DNA of 64,000 nucleotides, from NCBI GenBank assembly GCA_047285805.1, contig JBJBCN010000003.1:512001-576000 (forward strand). The letters run 5' to 3'. The translations under genes and the position numbers were made by a program. A model generated the notes under the pieces. The model made no database searches and was not told the origin of the DNA. It saw nothing but the letters and a program-made list of their open reading frames with translations. Source of the DNA: Synechococcus sp. Its GTDB lineage: Bacteria; Cyanobacteriota; Cyanobacteriia; PCC-6307; Cyanobiaceae. Below, piece after piece: positions 45,015 to 55,233 of the stretch; the stretch's first letter is position 1, and every line of letters begins with the position of its first letter.

Positions 45015-46034
45015 TTAGGTCGCTTTGCGCGAACTGGCCGCGCTTCGTTCGGGCTCCAGCCAGATCAGCTCGCGGTCCCAGCACAGGCAGCGCCTGCGGC
45101 TGAGGTCCCATTGGCCCGGGCCATACTCGGGCGGGAGGCGATGCAGCAGGTGCTCCGCCTGCTCCGCGTTGCCCAGGCTGACGCCTTGAATGCTCAGCCA
45201 GCGATGCAGGAGCCGCCGTTGGTTGCTGCGGGCGAGGGCCGTGAAGGAACGGCGGTGCAAGGCCCGCTGGGCTTGGGGGGTGGAACGCTCCAGGCTGGTC
45301 AAGGCGAGTTCCTCCAATTGGACTTGGCCATCCTCTTCTTGGGCCAGCCGTTCGCTGAGTTGGCTGATCCGCGTGCTCGCCCCGGGGTGCAGCGCCTCCA
45401 GAACCGGCAGGACCTCATGGCGCACCCGATTGCGGCTGAAGCCTGGATCGCTGTTGCTGGGGTCCAGCCAAATCGGTAATCCAAGCTTCTGGCACAGCTG
45501 GGCGGTGTCGTTGCGGCAGAACGCCAGGAGGGGACGCACCAGCTCGATCGTGCCGCTGAGGGTGCGCCTCGGCCTGAGGCTGGTGAGGCCGCGGCGATGG
45601 CTGCCCCGGGCGAGTTGGAGCAGGACTGTCTCGCTGCGGTCGCTGGCGGTGTGGCCGGTCACCACCCTGCGGCATCCCAGCCGTTGGGCCAGGGCCTCGA
45701 GCTGCCCGTAGCGCCAGGCGCGGGCCGAGGCTTCATCCGCCTGGGGGTTGCTCCAGTGGTCGAGCGCGATCGGTAGATCCTGCTCCTGGGCCCAGGCCTG
45801 GAGTTCGCGAGCCTGCTGCTCGGCTTCGGGGCGCCAGCCGTGATTGCCATGCCAGAGCTGCAGCGGCCAGTGGTGGAGCCGCCTCAGGTCGCACAAGAGC
45901 CCCACCAGGGCCATGGAGTCCTGACCTCCGGAGACCGCCAGCAGCAGGGGCTCCCCATCTGGCAGCAGATCGCTCTGCTGCAGCAACTGCTTGTGCAGCC
46001 GCCGATGCAGGTCGCTCCAGGGTTCAGTCATCAT
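45015..46034 (-). CDS. tilS: tRNA(Ile)-lysidine synthase
   Basis: AVSGGQDS, HTASDRSET, DPSN, RNRVRH. Confidence 0.95.
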   Translation of the reverse strand: MMTEPWSDLHRRLHKQLLQQSDLLPDGEPLLLAVSGGQDSMALVGLLCDLRRLHHWPLQLWHGNHGWRPEAEQQARELQAWAQEQDLPIALDHWSNPQADEASARAWRYGQLEALAQRLGCRRVVTGHTASDRSETVLLQLARGSHRRGLTSLRPRRTLSGTIELVRPLLAFCRNDTAQLCQKLGLPIWLDPSNSDPGFSRNRVRHEVLPVLEALHPGASTRISQLSERLAQEEDGQVQLEELALTSLERSTPQAQRALHRRSFTALARSNQRRLLHRWLSIQGVSLGNAEQAEHLLHRLPPEYGPGQWDLSRRRCLCWDRELIWLEPERSAASSRKAT

Positions 46035-46093
46035 CCCAGCCTGAATCGCCCTGGCCCAGCGTGTGAGAATCGCAAAACTCCATCTGTACTGGC

Positions 46094-46849
46094 ATGTCCC
46101 GCCTCGATCGGCTGCCCGCTTCCCTTCGCACGGCCCTGGCCGAGAAGCGTGCTCTCAAGGTGATTGCTGGCCTCACCAACTTTGACGCCGCCAGCGTTGA
46201 GCGCATCAGCCGCGCAGCCGGCCTCGGTGGTGCTGATCTGATCGACGTGGCCTGCGACGCCGAGCTGGTGCAATTGGCCGCTTCCGTCGCGGGTCTGCCC
46301 ATCTGCGTGAGCGCTGTCGATCCTGAGCTGTTCCCCGCTGCGGTGGTCGCCGGTGCGGCCATGGTCGAGATAGGTAACTACGACGCCTTCTACCCCCTTG
46401 GCCGCATCTTTGATGCCGCTGAGGTGCTCTCCATCACCCGCCGCACTCGCGAACTGCTGCCTAAGGTGGTCCTGAGCGTGACCGTCCCCCACGTGCTGCC
46501 CCTGGACCAGCAGGAGCAGCTCGCCGCTGATCTGGTGGTCGCTGGCGCCGACATCATCCAGACCGAGGGTGGTACCAGTGCCAAGCCCTTCAGCGCCGGC
46601 AGCCTCGGCCTGATCGAGAAGGCTGCCCCCACCCTGGCCGCTGCCCACAGCATCAGCCGCGCCGTGGCTGTGCCCGTGCTTTGCGCGTCGGGCCTGTCCT
46701 CCGTCACTGTGCCGATGGCGATCGCCTCCGGTGCCGCTGGCGTGGGCGTGGGCTCCGCCGTCAACAAGCTCAACGATGAGCTGGCCATGGTCGCCGTGGT
46801 TCGAGGCCTGCGCGAAGCCCTGGGCACGACCGTTCAGGCCGCCGTCTGA
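46094..46849 (+). CDS. ycf23: DUF561/Ycf23 family protein
   Basis: LKVIAGLTNFD, EIGNYDAFY, IQTEGG. Confidence 0.9.
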   Translation: MSRLDRLPASLRTALAEKRALKVIAGLTNFDAASVERISRAAGLGGADLIDVACDAELVQLAASVAGLPICVSAVDPELFPAAVVAGAAMVEIGNYDAFYPLGRIFDAAEVLSITRRTRELLPKVVLSVTVPHVLPLDQQEQLAADLVVAGADIIQTEGGTSAKPFSAGSLGLIEKAAPTLAAAHSISRAVAVPVLCASGLSSVTVPMAIASGAAGVGVGSAVNKLNDELAMVAVVRGLREALGTTVQAAV

Positions 46850-46877
46850 GATTCAGTGCTGGATCGCTTTTGATTTG

Positions 46878-46906
46878 ACCCATGCCCCCAAGGGCATGGG
46901 TTTTTT
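46878..46906 (+). terminator. Intrinsic terminator
   Basis: ACCCATGCCC/GGGCATGGGT stem plus T run. Confidence 0.85.
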
Positions 46907-46954
46907 GTTGTTGGGGCATCCACGCCTCCTGGGCGGTTGTCAGAGAATGGCCGG

Positions 46955-48964
46955 ATGCCTAACCCGTTTGAAATCCACGCTCCCTACGAGCCCAAAGGGG
47001 ATCAGCCCGAGGCGATCAAGGCCCTCGTGGCTGGCGTGGAATCGGGCGAGCGCTATCAGACCCTGCTAGGGGCGACGGGAACCGGTAAGACCTTCACCAT
47101 CGCCAACGTAATTGCCAAGACCGGCCGGCCGGCTTTGGTCTTGGCCCACAACAAAACGCTGGCGGCCCAGCTCTGCAATGAGCTTCGGGAGTTCTTTCCG
47201 AAGAACGCCGTTGAGTACTTCATCTCTTACTACGACTACTACCAGCCGGAGGCGTATGTGCCCGTCTCCGATACCTACATCGCCAAAACGGCCTCGATCA
47301 ACGAAGAGATCGACATGTTGCGGCACTCCGCGACTCGCTCCCTTTTCGAGCGTCGCGATGTGATCGTCGTCGCCTCGATCAGTTGTATCTATGGCCTGGG
47401 GATTCCTAGTGAATACCTCAAGGCTGCCGTGAAATTTGAGGTGGGGGAAACCCTTAACCTGCGCGGCTCCCTTCGAGAGTTGGTCAACAACCAGTACTCC
47501 CGCAACGACCTCGAGATCTCCCGCGGACGTTTCCGGGTGCGGGGTGATGTGCTCGAGATTGGCCCCGCCTACGAAGACCGCCTGGTGCGGATCGAGCTCT
47601 TCGGCGATGAGGTCGAGGCCATCCGCTATGTGGACCCCACCACCGGTGAAATCCTCCAGAGCCTGGAGTCCATCAGCGTCTATCCGGCTAAGCACTTCGT
47701 GACCCCCAAGGAGCGCCTGGAGGATGCGATCAAGGCCATTCGCTCGGAACTGCGGGAGCGTCTCGATGTCCTGAATGAGCAGGGCAAGTTGCTGGAGGCT
47801 CAGCGCCTGGAGCAGCGCACCACCTACGACCTGGAGATGCTCGAGCAGGTCGGTTACTGCAACGGCGTGGAGAACTATGCGCGCCATCTCGCCGGCCGGC
47901 AGGCGGGGACACCGGCGGAATGCCTGATCGACTATTTCCCCGAGGACTGGTTGCTGGTGGTGGATGAGTCCCACGTAACCTGCTCCCAGTTGCAGGCGAT
48001 GTACAACGGTGATCAAGCCCGTAAGGGCGTGCTGATTGAGCACGGCTTCCGGCTTCCAAGCGCCGCGGACAACCGCCCGCTCAAGGGCGATGAGTTCTGG
48101 GAGAAGGCTCGCCAGAGCATCTTCGTAAGCGCCACCCCGGGGGACTGGGAGCTCAAGCAGAGCGACTCCGAAGTCGTTGAGCAGGTGATCCGTCCGACCG
48201 GAGTCCTCGACCCCATCGTCGAGGTGCGGCCGACCGATGGCCAGGTGGATGACCTGCTCGGCGAAATTCGCCTCCGGGCGGAGAAGAAGGAACGGGTCCT
48301 GATTACGACCCTGACCAAGCGGATGGCGGAAGACCTGACCGATTACCTCGCGGAGAATGGCGTCCGGGTTCGCTATCTCCACTCGGAGATTCACTCGATC
48401 GAGCGGATCGAGATCATCCAGGACCTTCGCAACGGCGAGTACGACGTGCTTGTGGGCGTGAACCTCCTCCGGGAGGGCCTGGATCTACCCGAGGTTTCCC
48501 TGGTGGCGATCCTGGATGCGGACAAGGAGGGCTTTTTGCGGGCTGAGCGCTCCTTGATTCAGACCATTGGCCGGGCGGCACGGCACGTGGAAGGGGTGGC
48601 GCTTCTCTACGCAGACAACCTGACCGATTCCATGGCCAAGGCCATCTCGGAAACCGAGCGCCGGCGTGCCATTCAGCAGACCTATAACGAGAAGCACGGC
48701 ATCACGCCAACCCCGGCCGGTAAGCGGGGCAGCAATTCCATCCTGGCCTTCTTGGAGGTGTCGAGGCGCCTCAACGATGAGCAGTTGGAGCAGGCCACGG
48801 AGCAGGCCGAGCACAACGATGTGCCGTTGGATTCCCTGCCCGAGCTGATTCAACAACTCGAGGACAAGATGAAATCAGCGGCCAAAAATCTTGACTTTGA
48901 AGAGGCCGCCAACCTGCGCGATCGCATCAAAGGTCTGCGCCAAAAGCTTGTCGGTAAGCCCTAA
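46955..48964 (+). CDS. uvrB: Excinuclease ABC subunit B
   Basis: [23 protein letters not shown]-terminal UVR domain. Confidence 0.98.
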   Translation: MPNPFEIHAPYEPKGDQPEAIKALVAGVESGERYQTLLGATGTGKTFTIANVIAKTGRPALVLAHNKTLAAQLCNELREFFPKNAVEYFISYYDYYQPEAYVPVSDTYIAKTASINEEIDMLRHSATRSLFERRDVIVVASISCIYGLGIPSEYLKAAVKFEVGETLNLRGSLRELVNNQYSRNDLEISRGRFRVRGDVLEIGPAYEDRLVRIELFGDEVEAIRYVDPTTGEILQSLESISVYPAKHFVTPKERLEDAIKAIRSELRERLDVLNEQGKLLEAQRLEQRTTYDLEMLEQVGYCNGVENYARHLAGRQAGTPAECLIDYFPEDWLLVVDESHVTCSQLQAMYNGDQARKGVLIEHGFRLPSAADNRPLKGDEFWEKARQSIFVSATPGDWELKQSDSEVVEQVIRPTGVLDPIVEVRPTDGQVDDLLGEIRLRAEKKERVLITTLTKRMAEDLTDYLAENGVRVRYLHSEIHSIERIEIIQDLRNGEYDVLVGVNLLREGLDLPEVSLVAILDADKEGFLRAERSLIQTIGRAARHVEGVALLYADNLTDSMAKAISETERRRAIQQTYNEKHGITPTPAGKRGSNSILAFLEVSRRLNDEQLEQATEQAEHNDVPLDSLPELIQQLEDKMKSAAKNLDFEEAANLRDRIKGLRQKLVGKP

Positions 48965-49066
48965 GTCAGCGAAAGTGGAGCCGCAGCCTCGAGCTGATCT
49001 TTCCCTTTTCTTTCGACTTTGGCCCTGGAGTCACGGCTAAAGGTGAGCTAATCGCCGGGGAGGCGA

Positions 49067-51184
49067 ATGGGCTATTACCTGCTGCATCTCCATGTGCATG
49101 GCCTGTTTCGCGGCCATGACCTGGAGCTTGGGCGTGATGCGGATACCGGTGGACAGACCACCTATGTGCTCGAGCTGGTCAAGGGACTTGCGGCTCGCCC
49201 CGAGGTGGATCGCGTCGACGTCGTCACCCGGTTGATTCAGGACAAGCGGGTCTCCCCCGACTACACCCAGGCCCATGAGCCGCTGGGTGGCGGGGCCAAC
49301 ATCGTCCGCCTGCCTTGCGGTCCCCGGCGCTATCTGCGCAAGGAACTGCTCTGGCCCTATCTCGATGAGATGGCCGATGCGGTTACAGCGCATATTGCGG
49401 CCCAGCCCCAGCGGCCGAATTGGATCCATGCCCACTACGCCGATGCCGGCTATGTGGGGGCGCTGGTCTCCCAACGGCTTGGGATCCCCTTGGTGTTCAC
49501 CGGCCATTCCCTTGGCCGCGAGAAACAACGGCGTCTGCTCGAGGGCGGGTTGACCCATGAGCAGATCGAGCAGACCTATGCCATCGGCCGCCGTATCGAT
49601 GCCGAGGAACGGACCTTGGCCCAATCCGCCCTGGTGATTACCAGCACCCAGCAGGAGGCCCAGCAGCAGTACGCCCGCTACAACCGCTTTGAGGCTGAGC
49701 ATGCTGCGGTTGTGCCTCCGGGCGTGGACGCCCAGCGTTTCCATCCCGTGGCGATGCCCGGTGAGGCCTCGGATGTGGAGGCTCTGATGGAGCCGTTCCT
49801 GCGGGAGCCGAACAAATCACCGCTGCTCACGATCTGCCGGGCGGTGCGTCGTAAGAACGTCCCCGCTCTGGTGGAGGCCTACGGGCGCTCGGCCCTCTTG
49901 CAGGAGCGCCACAACCTCGTACTGGTGCTGGGCTGTCGGGAGGATCCCCGCTCCATGGAGAAGCAGCAGCGGGACCAGTTCCAGCAGATCTTTGAACTTG
50001 TCGATCGCTTCGATCTCTACGGCAAGGTCGCCTATCCGAAGCAGCATCGTGGTGAGCAGATTCCGGCCATCTATCGCTGGGCGGCCCAGCGATGCGGGAT
50101 CTTCGTCAATCCAGCCCTGACCGAGCCCTTTGGCTTGACACTATTGGAGGCAGCCGCCTGTGGCTTGCCCTTGGTGAGCACCGACGACGGTGGGCCGCGG
50201 GACATCCTTCAGCGTTGCGCAAACGGTCAGCTGGCCGACGTCACCGACCTGGATGTTCTTCAGCAGGCCCTGGAGGAGGCGGGTGCGGATCTAGAGCGTT
50301 GGCGGCGCTGGCGCGACAACGGCATTGAGGCCATCAGCCGGAATTTCAGCTGGGATGCCCATGTTTGTAGCTACCTCGGGGAAGCGGAGCGCCATTGCAG
50401 CGCTTGGCGTCGTCCTGTGCTGACAGCTGTGCCCCCCGTGCCGGCCCCGCCGGTGCAACGGCTGCTGTTGCTCGACCTCGATGTCTGCCTGCAATCGGCG
50501 CAGCCAGCCGGGCTGGAGGATCTCCGCCGCCGCCTCGCCGCCGATCCCAACTGCGGCATTGGCATGTTGAGCGGGCGCAACTTCGCCTCGGCCCGACTGC
50601 GCTTCGCCGAGCTGTATCTGCCTGAGCCCCAGGTTTGGATCCTGGAGGCTGGAGCGGACCTGCGTTTTGGTCCAGAGGGCCGGCCGGATCCCAGTTGGCA
50701 GCAACACATTGCCCAGGGTTGGCAGCGGGAGAAGGTTGAGCAGGTGCTTGAGGGGCTCAGCCCCCGCCTGACTCTGCAGCCGGCTGTGAACCAGGGCAGT
50801 TGCAAAGTCAGCTACACCCTGGAGGCGCCCACCGCTGGTGTGCTCGAAATGGTGCGGCAACGGCTGCGCCAGCACCGCTTGGAGGCCCGGGCCCACCTCT
50901 TCCACCACTGGTTTTTGGACGTCTTGCCGATGCGGGCGTCTAAGGCCGATGCCATTCGCCACCTCTGCCTGAATTGGGGGCTACCCCTGGAGCAAGTCCT
51001 GGTCGTGGCGGCCCAGCAGGGGGATGCGGAACTTCTGAACGGCAGCTCCCTCGGCCTGGTGACGGCGGAGCATGACCATTCACTCGATCAGCTGCGTCGC
51101 CGTTCGAAGGTCTTCTTCGCCTCCAGGCCCCAAGCCTGGGGCGTGTTGGAGGGCTTGGATCACTACCGCTTCCTGACCCGCTAG
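49067..51184 (+). CDS. sps: Sucrose-phosphate synthase (GT4 + HAD-like domain)
   Basis: LGRDADTGGQ, HAHYADAG, TGHSLG, EPFGLTLLEAAA. Confidence 0.93.
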   Translation: MGYYLLHLHVHGLFRGHDLELGRDADTGGQTTYVLELVKGLAARPEVDRVDVVTRLIQDKRVSPDYTQAHEPLGGGANIVRLPCGPRRYLRKELLWPYLDEMADAVTAHIAAQPQRPNWIHAHYADAGYVGALVSQRLGIPLVFTGHSLGREKQRRLLEGGLTHEQIEQTYAIGRRIDAEERTLAQSALVITSTQQEAQQQYARYNRFEAEHAAVVPPGVDAQRFHPVAMPGEASDVEALMEPFLREPNKSPLLTICRAVRRKNVPALVEAYGRSALLQERHNLVLVLGCREDPRSMEKQQRDQFQQIFELVDRFDLYGKVAYPKQHRGEQIPAIYRWAAQRCGIFVNPALTEPFGLTLLEAAACGLPLVSTDDGGPRDILQRCANGQLADVTDLDVLQQALEEAGADLERWRRWRDNGIEAISRNFSWDAHVCSYLGEAERHCSAWRRPVLTAVPPVPAPPVQRLLLLDLDVCLQSAQPAGLEDLRRRLAADPNCGIGMLSGRNFASARLRFAELYLPEPQVWILEAGADLRFGPEGRPDPSWQQHIAQGWQREKVEQVLEGLSPRLTLQPAVNQGSCKVSYTLEAPTAGVLEMVRQRLRQHRLEARAHLFHHWFLDVLPMRASKADAIRHLCLNWGLPLEQVLVVAAQQGDAELLNGSSLGLVTAEHDHSLDQLRRRSKVFFASRPQAWGVLEGLDHYRFLTR

Positions 51185-52206
51185 GGCAGTAGTGCGTCGG
51201 GGTCTTGGCTCAGGTAGTTCTGGCGATTCGGGTTGCTATCGGGCATCCAGTAGCTGATGTCCTGGTGCCAGAACGGCACCCCCTCGACGCGGCTGGAGGC
51301 CAGTTGGGTGGTAGCCATGGCCGTGATCAGCTTGCCCATGTCGATGGGGGAGAGATCCGTGCGGATGTCCTTACCGGCGATCTCCATCAACTCGGGCAGT
51401 CGCGTCGCCATGACTGGGTTGGCCAGTTTGCGGAAGACCTCAGCCAAGACGAGTTTCTGCCGTTCCATGCGGCCGATGTCGCCCAGCTGGTCGTGGCGGA
51501 AGCGCAGGAACCCTTCGAGTGCCTCCCCTTTGAGTAGTTGACGTCCGGGGTAGAGGTCGATGTAAAGCCCTTGGCTGTTGTCGACGTAGGCCATCCGCTT
51601 GGGGACGTCGACTTCGACGCCGCCGATGGCGTCGGCGAGCCGCTGCACGGCGTTGAGGTTCAGGACCAGATAGCGGTCGACCTTGGCTGAGAGCAGCTTG
51701 CTGAGCTCCGCCTTGACCATCTCGGGACCGCCGCTGCTGTAGAGGGCGTTGGCCTTCATCACGCCATAGCGCTCTGAGTGGATAAAGGTGTCCCTGGGGA
51801 CCTGGGTGAGCTTGGTGCGGCCCTCGTCGAGGTGCATCGTCAGCATCACGTCGGTGTTTGTGCTGACGTCGTCGCTGCCCAGCACGACGATGCGGCGATC
51901 CCCGGAGGCCACCGGGGCCACCAGCGAACCGATCAGTTGCTTGGGTTGATCAAAGGCCCCCATCACGAGGGCCGGCAGGCCGTGGAGTGCGTACCCCAGG
52001 CCCAATCCAGCCACGAAGAGGGGCAAGCGGGGGAGCCCCTGGCGGCGCTTGACGGGTTTGGCCGGTGCCGCGGTTGGTCGCCGGCGATCAAGCTGCGTCA
52101 CGTTGTCGCGGTGGCTGCGGCGTTCAGCAGGTTGGAGGTCCGCTTTCCCCCGCCTGGGGTCCCTTTGCGGATTGCGCGGCTGGCGCTTGGGTTGGGCGGG
52201 GGACAT
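51181..52206 (-). CDS. LCP (LytR-CpsA-Psr) family protein
   Basis: TM; TDVML, VPRDT, KANALY, RFRHDQLGDIGRMERQ. Confidence 0.92.
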   Translation of the reverse strand: MSPAQPKRQPRNPQRDPRRGKADLQPAERRSHRDNVTQLDRRRPTAAPAKPVKRRQGLPRLPLFVAGLGLGYALHGLPALVMGAFDQPKQLIGSLVAPVASGDRRIVVLGSDDVSTNTDVMLTMHLDEGRTKLTQVPRDTFIHSERYGVMKANALYSSGGPEMVKAELSKLLSAKVDRYLVLNLNAVQRLADAIGGVEVDVPKRMAYVDNSQGLYIDLYPGRQLLKGEALEGFLRFRHDQLGDIGRMERQKLVLAEVFRKLANPVMATRLPELMEIAGKDIRTDLSPIDMGKLITAMATTQLASSRVEGVPFWHQDISYWMPDSNPNRQNYLSQDPDALLP

Positions 52207-52269
52207 AACGCTCTCAGATGAGTGCAAGCTACCGCCCGTCATCCCCTGGGGCCAGAGGGGTTTGGGCCT

Positions 52270-53451
52270 CTAGATCACCTGGATCTTGCTGGCGGCCTGA
52301 TCCGCTTTTTGCCGGGCGTCCTCCATGTCCGCGCCGCGCGCCAGGGCGACGCCCATCCTCCGGTAGGGGCGGGCATCGGGTTTGCCAAAGAGGAGCACCT
52401 GCACATCGGTTTCAGCCAGGGCGTCCTCCAGGCCGCTGAAGGCCACGGTCTCGCTTTGGCGCTCGGCCAGGATCACGCGACTCGCGGCAGCTCCCTCGGA
52501 GCGGATCTCGGGGATGGGCAGCCCTAGGACAGCCCGCAGGTGCAGCTCGAACTCACTCAGGTTCTGGCCCACGAGGGTGACCAGGCCGGTGTCGTGGGGG
52601 CGGGGCGAGAGCTCGGAGAAGACCACCTCGCTGCTGCCATCGGGGCGGCGGCAGACGAAAAACTCCACGCCAAAGATCCCGGCGCCGCCGAGGTTGTCCG
52701 TGACCTCCCGGGCCATGGTTTGTGCGGCGGCCAGTTGCTCCCGCTCCAGTTGGGCGGGTTGCCAGCTGCACTGGTAGTCACCCCGCTCTTGGATGTGACC
52801 GATGGGCGGGCAGAACAGCGTTGGGCCGTTCCACTGTTTGACGGTCAGCAGGGTGATCTCCTGCTCAAAGTGTAGGAACTCCTCGACGATCACCCGGGCT
52901 CCGCTGCCTCGGGCTCCAGCCATTGCGGCCTCCCAAGCTGCGACGATGCCCTCCGGTGCGTTCACTACGCTCTGCCCCTTGCCCGAGGAGCTCATCACGG
53001 GTTTCACCACCACGGGCCAACCCAGGGGAGCGGCGGCCTGGGCTAATTCCTCGTCGCTGCTGGCATAGGCGAACTTAGCGGTGCGTAGCCCGAGATCCTT
53101 GGCGGCCAGGTCGCGGATGCGGTCACGGTTCATGGTCACGGCCGTGGCCCGGGCCGTGGGAATCACGGTGGTGCCCTCCCCCTCCAGCTCTGCCAGGGCA
53201 TCGACGGCCAAGGCTTCAATTTCAGGGATCAAGACGTCCGGCTGGTGCTGCCGCACAACGGCCTTGAGCGCCTCCGGGTCGGTCATCGGCACGACCTCGG
53301 CTACGTCCGCGACCTGCATGGCCGGGGCTCCGGCGTAGCGATCCACAGCGATGACTCGGCAACCCAGGCGCTGGGCCGCGATGGCGACCTCCTTGCCCAA
53401 TTCACCGCTGCCCAGGAGCATCAGAGTGCGGGGGAAGTTGGAACTGGCCAT
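52270..53451 (-). CDS. purT: Formate-dependent phosphoribosylglycinamide formyltransferase
   Basis: LLGSGELGKE, KPVMSSSGKGQS, SPRPHDTG, RRMGVALA. Confidence 0.97.
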   Translation of the reverse strand: MASSNFPRTLMLLGSGELGKEVAIAAQRLGCRVIAVDRYAGAPAMQVADVAEVVPMTDPEALKAVVRQHQPDVLIPEIEALAVDALAELEGEGTTVIPTARATAVTMNRDRIRDLAAKDLGLRTAKFAYASSDEELAQAAAPLGWPVVVKPVMSSSGKGQSVVNAPEGIVAAWEAAMAGARGSGARVIVEEFLHFEQEITLLTVKQWNGPTLFCPPIGHIQERGDYQCSWQPAQLEREQLAAAQTMAREVTDNLGGAGIFGVEFFVCRRPDGSSEVVFSELSPRPHDTGLVTLVGQNLSEFELHLRAVLGLPIPEIRSEGAAASRVILAERQSETVAFSGLEDALAETDVQVLLFGKPDARPYRRMGVALARGADMEDARQKADQAASKIQVI

Positions 53452-53483
53452 GGCCGCCGCGGAGAAGAGAGACTTGCGCGATC

Positions 53484-53672
53484 TTGCATCGCCGCGTGCC
53501 CGTGCTGTTGTTCGCCCCTTTTGCTTACGCCACTGCCGGTGATGCAGCGGATGGTCTGCTCAATGGTCTGAGCATTGAGGACCTGCAGCGCTGGACCTTG
53601 ATCTATCTGGGGATTTCGGCGCTGGCCTTCGTGCTGGTTTGGCTGATTGGCTATCTGCGCCGGGCAGGTTGA
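53484..53672 (+). CDS. Small hypothetical membrane protein
   Basis: LQRWTLIYLGISALAFVLVWLIGYLRR. Confidence 0.65.
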   Translation: MHRRVPVLLFAPFAYATAGDAADGLLNGLSIEDLQRWTLIYLGISALAFVLVWLIGYLRRAG

Positions 53673-53676
53673 GTTC

Positions 53677-53919
53677 CTAGTCCGGTTCGATCAGGTTCAG
53701 CTGCCGGACCGGTGACTGCTCATCGATGAAGCCATAGGCCGCAAAGACGCCGGCATCGATGTGGGTGATGTGTTGACCATCGCTATGGCGTTCAAGCACA
53801 AACCCCTCAGAGGCCATGCGTCGCATCAGGGCGGCGGCTTCTTCAAAGCGGGCAGCCATCGCCTCCAGGCTGGCGCAGTCGCCCGTGAGCCCGGTTTCCT
53901 TCCAGGTGAAGTAAGCCAT
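53677..53919 (-). CDS. Small hypothetical protein; apparent insertion target
   Basis: MAYFTWKETGLTGDCASLEAMAARFEE..; host-like codon usage. Confidence 0.8.
   Translation of the reverse strand: MAYFTWKETGLTGDCASLEAMAARFEEAAALMRRMASEGFVLERHSDGQHITHIDAGVFAAYGFIDEQSPVRQLNLIEPD
53899..53919. repeat. 21-bp direct repeat, left copy (att-like)
   Basis: CTTCCAGGTGAAGTAAGCCAT, identical to 56043-56063. Confidence 0.92.
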
Positions 53920-54187
53920 TATTGAAATACTCCGTAACGAGCGTAGTGACTGGAAGGAGTTTGAGGGATTGAGGTTTGGCTGAAGACAGTTGGTATGTGG
54001 TTGGTATGCCGACTGTTTTTGGCCTGATCCCTCACTGCTGCAAACATGGCACGGTCTGATTGCCGTGAAACAGATCGCGGCTGCTGGAAGCGGGGCGACG
54101 GAACAGGTGCTTTTGCTGATGCGGGTTGCTCTTCACTGGAAATAAAACGGATTCAGATGACCCGATGGGGGGTCCGAGAGGGCGACT

Positions 54188-54214
54188 AGGCGGTGTTCGA
54201 AGCACCGCCTTTTT
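54188..54214 (+). terminator. Intrinsic terminator
   Basis: AGGCGGTG/CACCGCCT stem plus TTTT. Confidence 0.75.
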
Positions 54215-54434
54215 GTGTGCTTCGAGATTGATGCTTTTGCTGGTGTCGCCTGCCTGCTGGGCGACCTATCAATGAGTCACACACCAAAAGACCTGCCTTC
54301 GTTCAGACGGGTCGGGTGCCAAGGGCGGTTTCCTGGGGTGAGTGCTCTTGACCGAACCTCCTGCGACGGTTTTCCTACTCGTGAGGATTCAAGAACCCGA
54401 ATAGACCTGGTGAGGTCAAGGGACAGGACTGCTG

Positions 54435-54466
54435 AACCCCTGGGGTCGAACACTCAGGGGTTTTTT
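54435..54466 (+). terminator. Intrinsic terminator
   Basis: CCCCTGGG/CTCAGGGG stem plus T6. Confidence 0.75.
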
Positions 54467-54634
54467 CGTGGCTACTAAAGGGGAGAGAATCACAGCTCCT
54501 CCTCTCTGTAATCACTAGCAAGGGTCAAAAGAACCTGGCTCTGCCCAAGAAGTGTTAAGAGGAATTGCGCTGACCTGGCAAGGGGTTGGCGCGCACCAAT
54601 AAGTTCGACTTGCAACAGCAATAATGGTCTGGCG

Positions 54635-54769
54635 ATGAAGCTAATGAAGGCTAGATTGGCTCAGCTTAAGAGCTTCGCTGTTAAGAAGCTGAATGAGTTT
54701 GATGCTTACATATATCGTGGTATTGCGTCCTGGCAAGCTGAATACAGCCTCGCTATGGCCGCTTACTAA
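54635..54769 (+). CDS. Microprotein (44 aa)
   Basis: MKLMKARLAQLKSFAVKKLNEFDAYIYRGIASWQAEYSLAMAAY*; followed by a terminator. Confidence 0.5.
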   Translation: MKLMKARLAQLKSFAVKKLNEFDAYIYRGIASWQAEYSLAMAAY

Positions 54770-54799
54770 ACGCGTTTGATAAATGAGATAGGAAACTGT

Positions 54800-54826
54800 C
54801 CGCCGGCAGGTAGCCGGCGGTTTTTT
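54800..54826 (+). terminator. Intrinsic terminator
   Basis: CCGCCGGC/GCCGGCGG stem plus T6. Confidence 0.8.
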
Positions 54827-55014
54827 ATGACCCTTTCGGCATAACCCGCGCTGCCGGCTGTCATTGGGGAGCCAGCTGAAATCGTTCGATTCTCGTTAGG
54901 TGTGCCCACACCACTGCCGCTGCACCAGGTTTCAGCGAAGGTGGGGCCCGACTGTGCTGGATGCCCCTTGTTCTGGTTCCTTGCCGCTGTTAACGCAGGG
55001 ACAACTGCCAAGCA

Positions 55015-55233
55015 TTGATGCCATTCACACGCATCGCGCACACGGCGAAGGGTTCAACGATTGATGCTTTGGGGAGCAATTGCTTTAGGGTCTGCGACCC
55101 CCAGGGTCACTGCCAAGCTGTCCAAGGACTGTGGAACGCAGAAGAGATCGTCAGGCGGAGTGAAAAAAGCAGCACCACGAAGCGTGACTGCTTGCTGCCC
55201 AAGCCGATCAGGCGACCGGTTGGAGAGTGGTGA
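55015..55233 (+). CDS. Small hypothetical protein with Cys/His cluster
   Basis: GSTIDALGSNCFRVCDPQGHCQAVQGLWNAEE. Confidence 0.55.
   Translation: MMPFTRIAHTAKGSTIDALGSNCFRVCDPQGHCQAVQGLWNAEEIVRRSEKSSTTKRDCLLPKPIRRPVGEW

Noticed and set aside
54046..54478. ORFs 54046-54189 and 54215-54478
   Set aside because: Composition is not protein-like, and the second runs through a terminator; better explained as non-coding.
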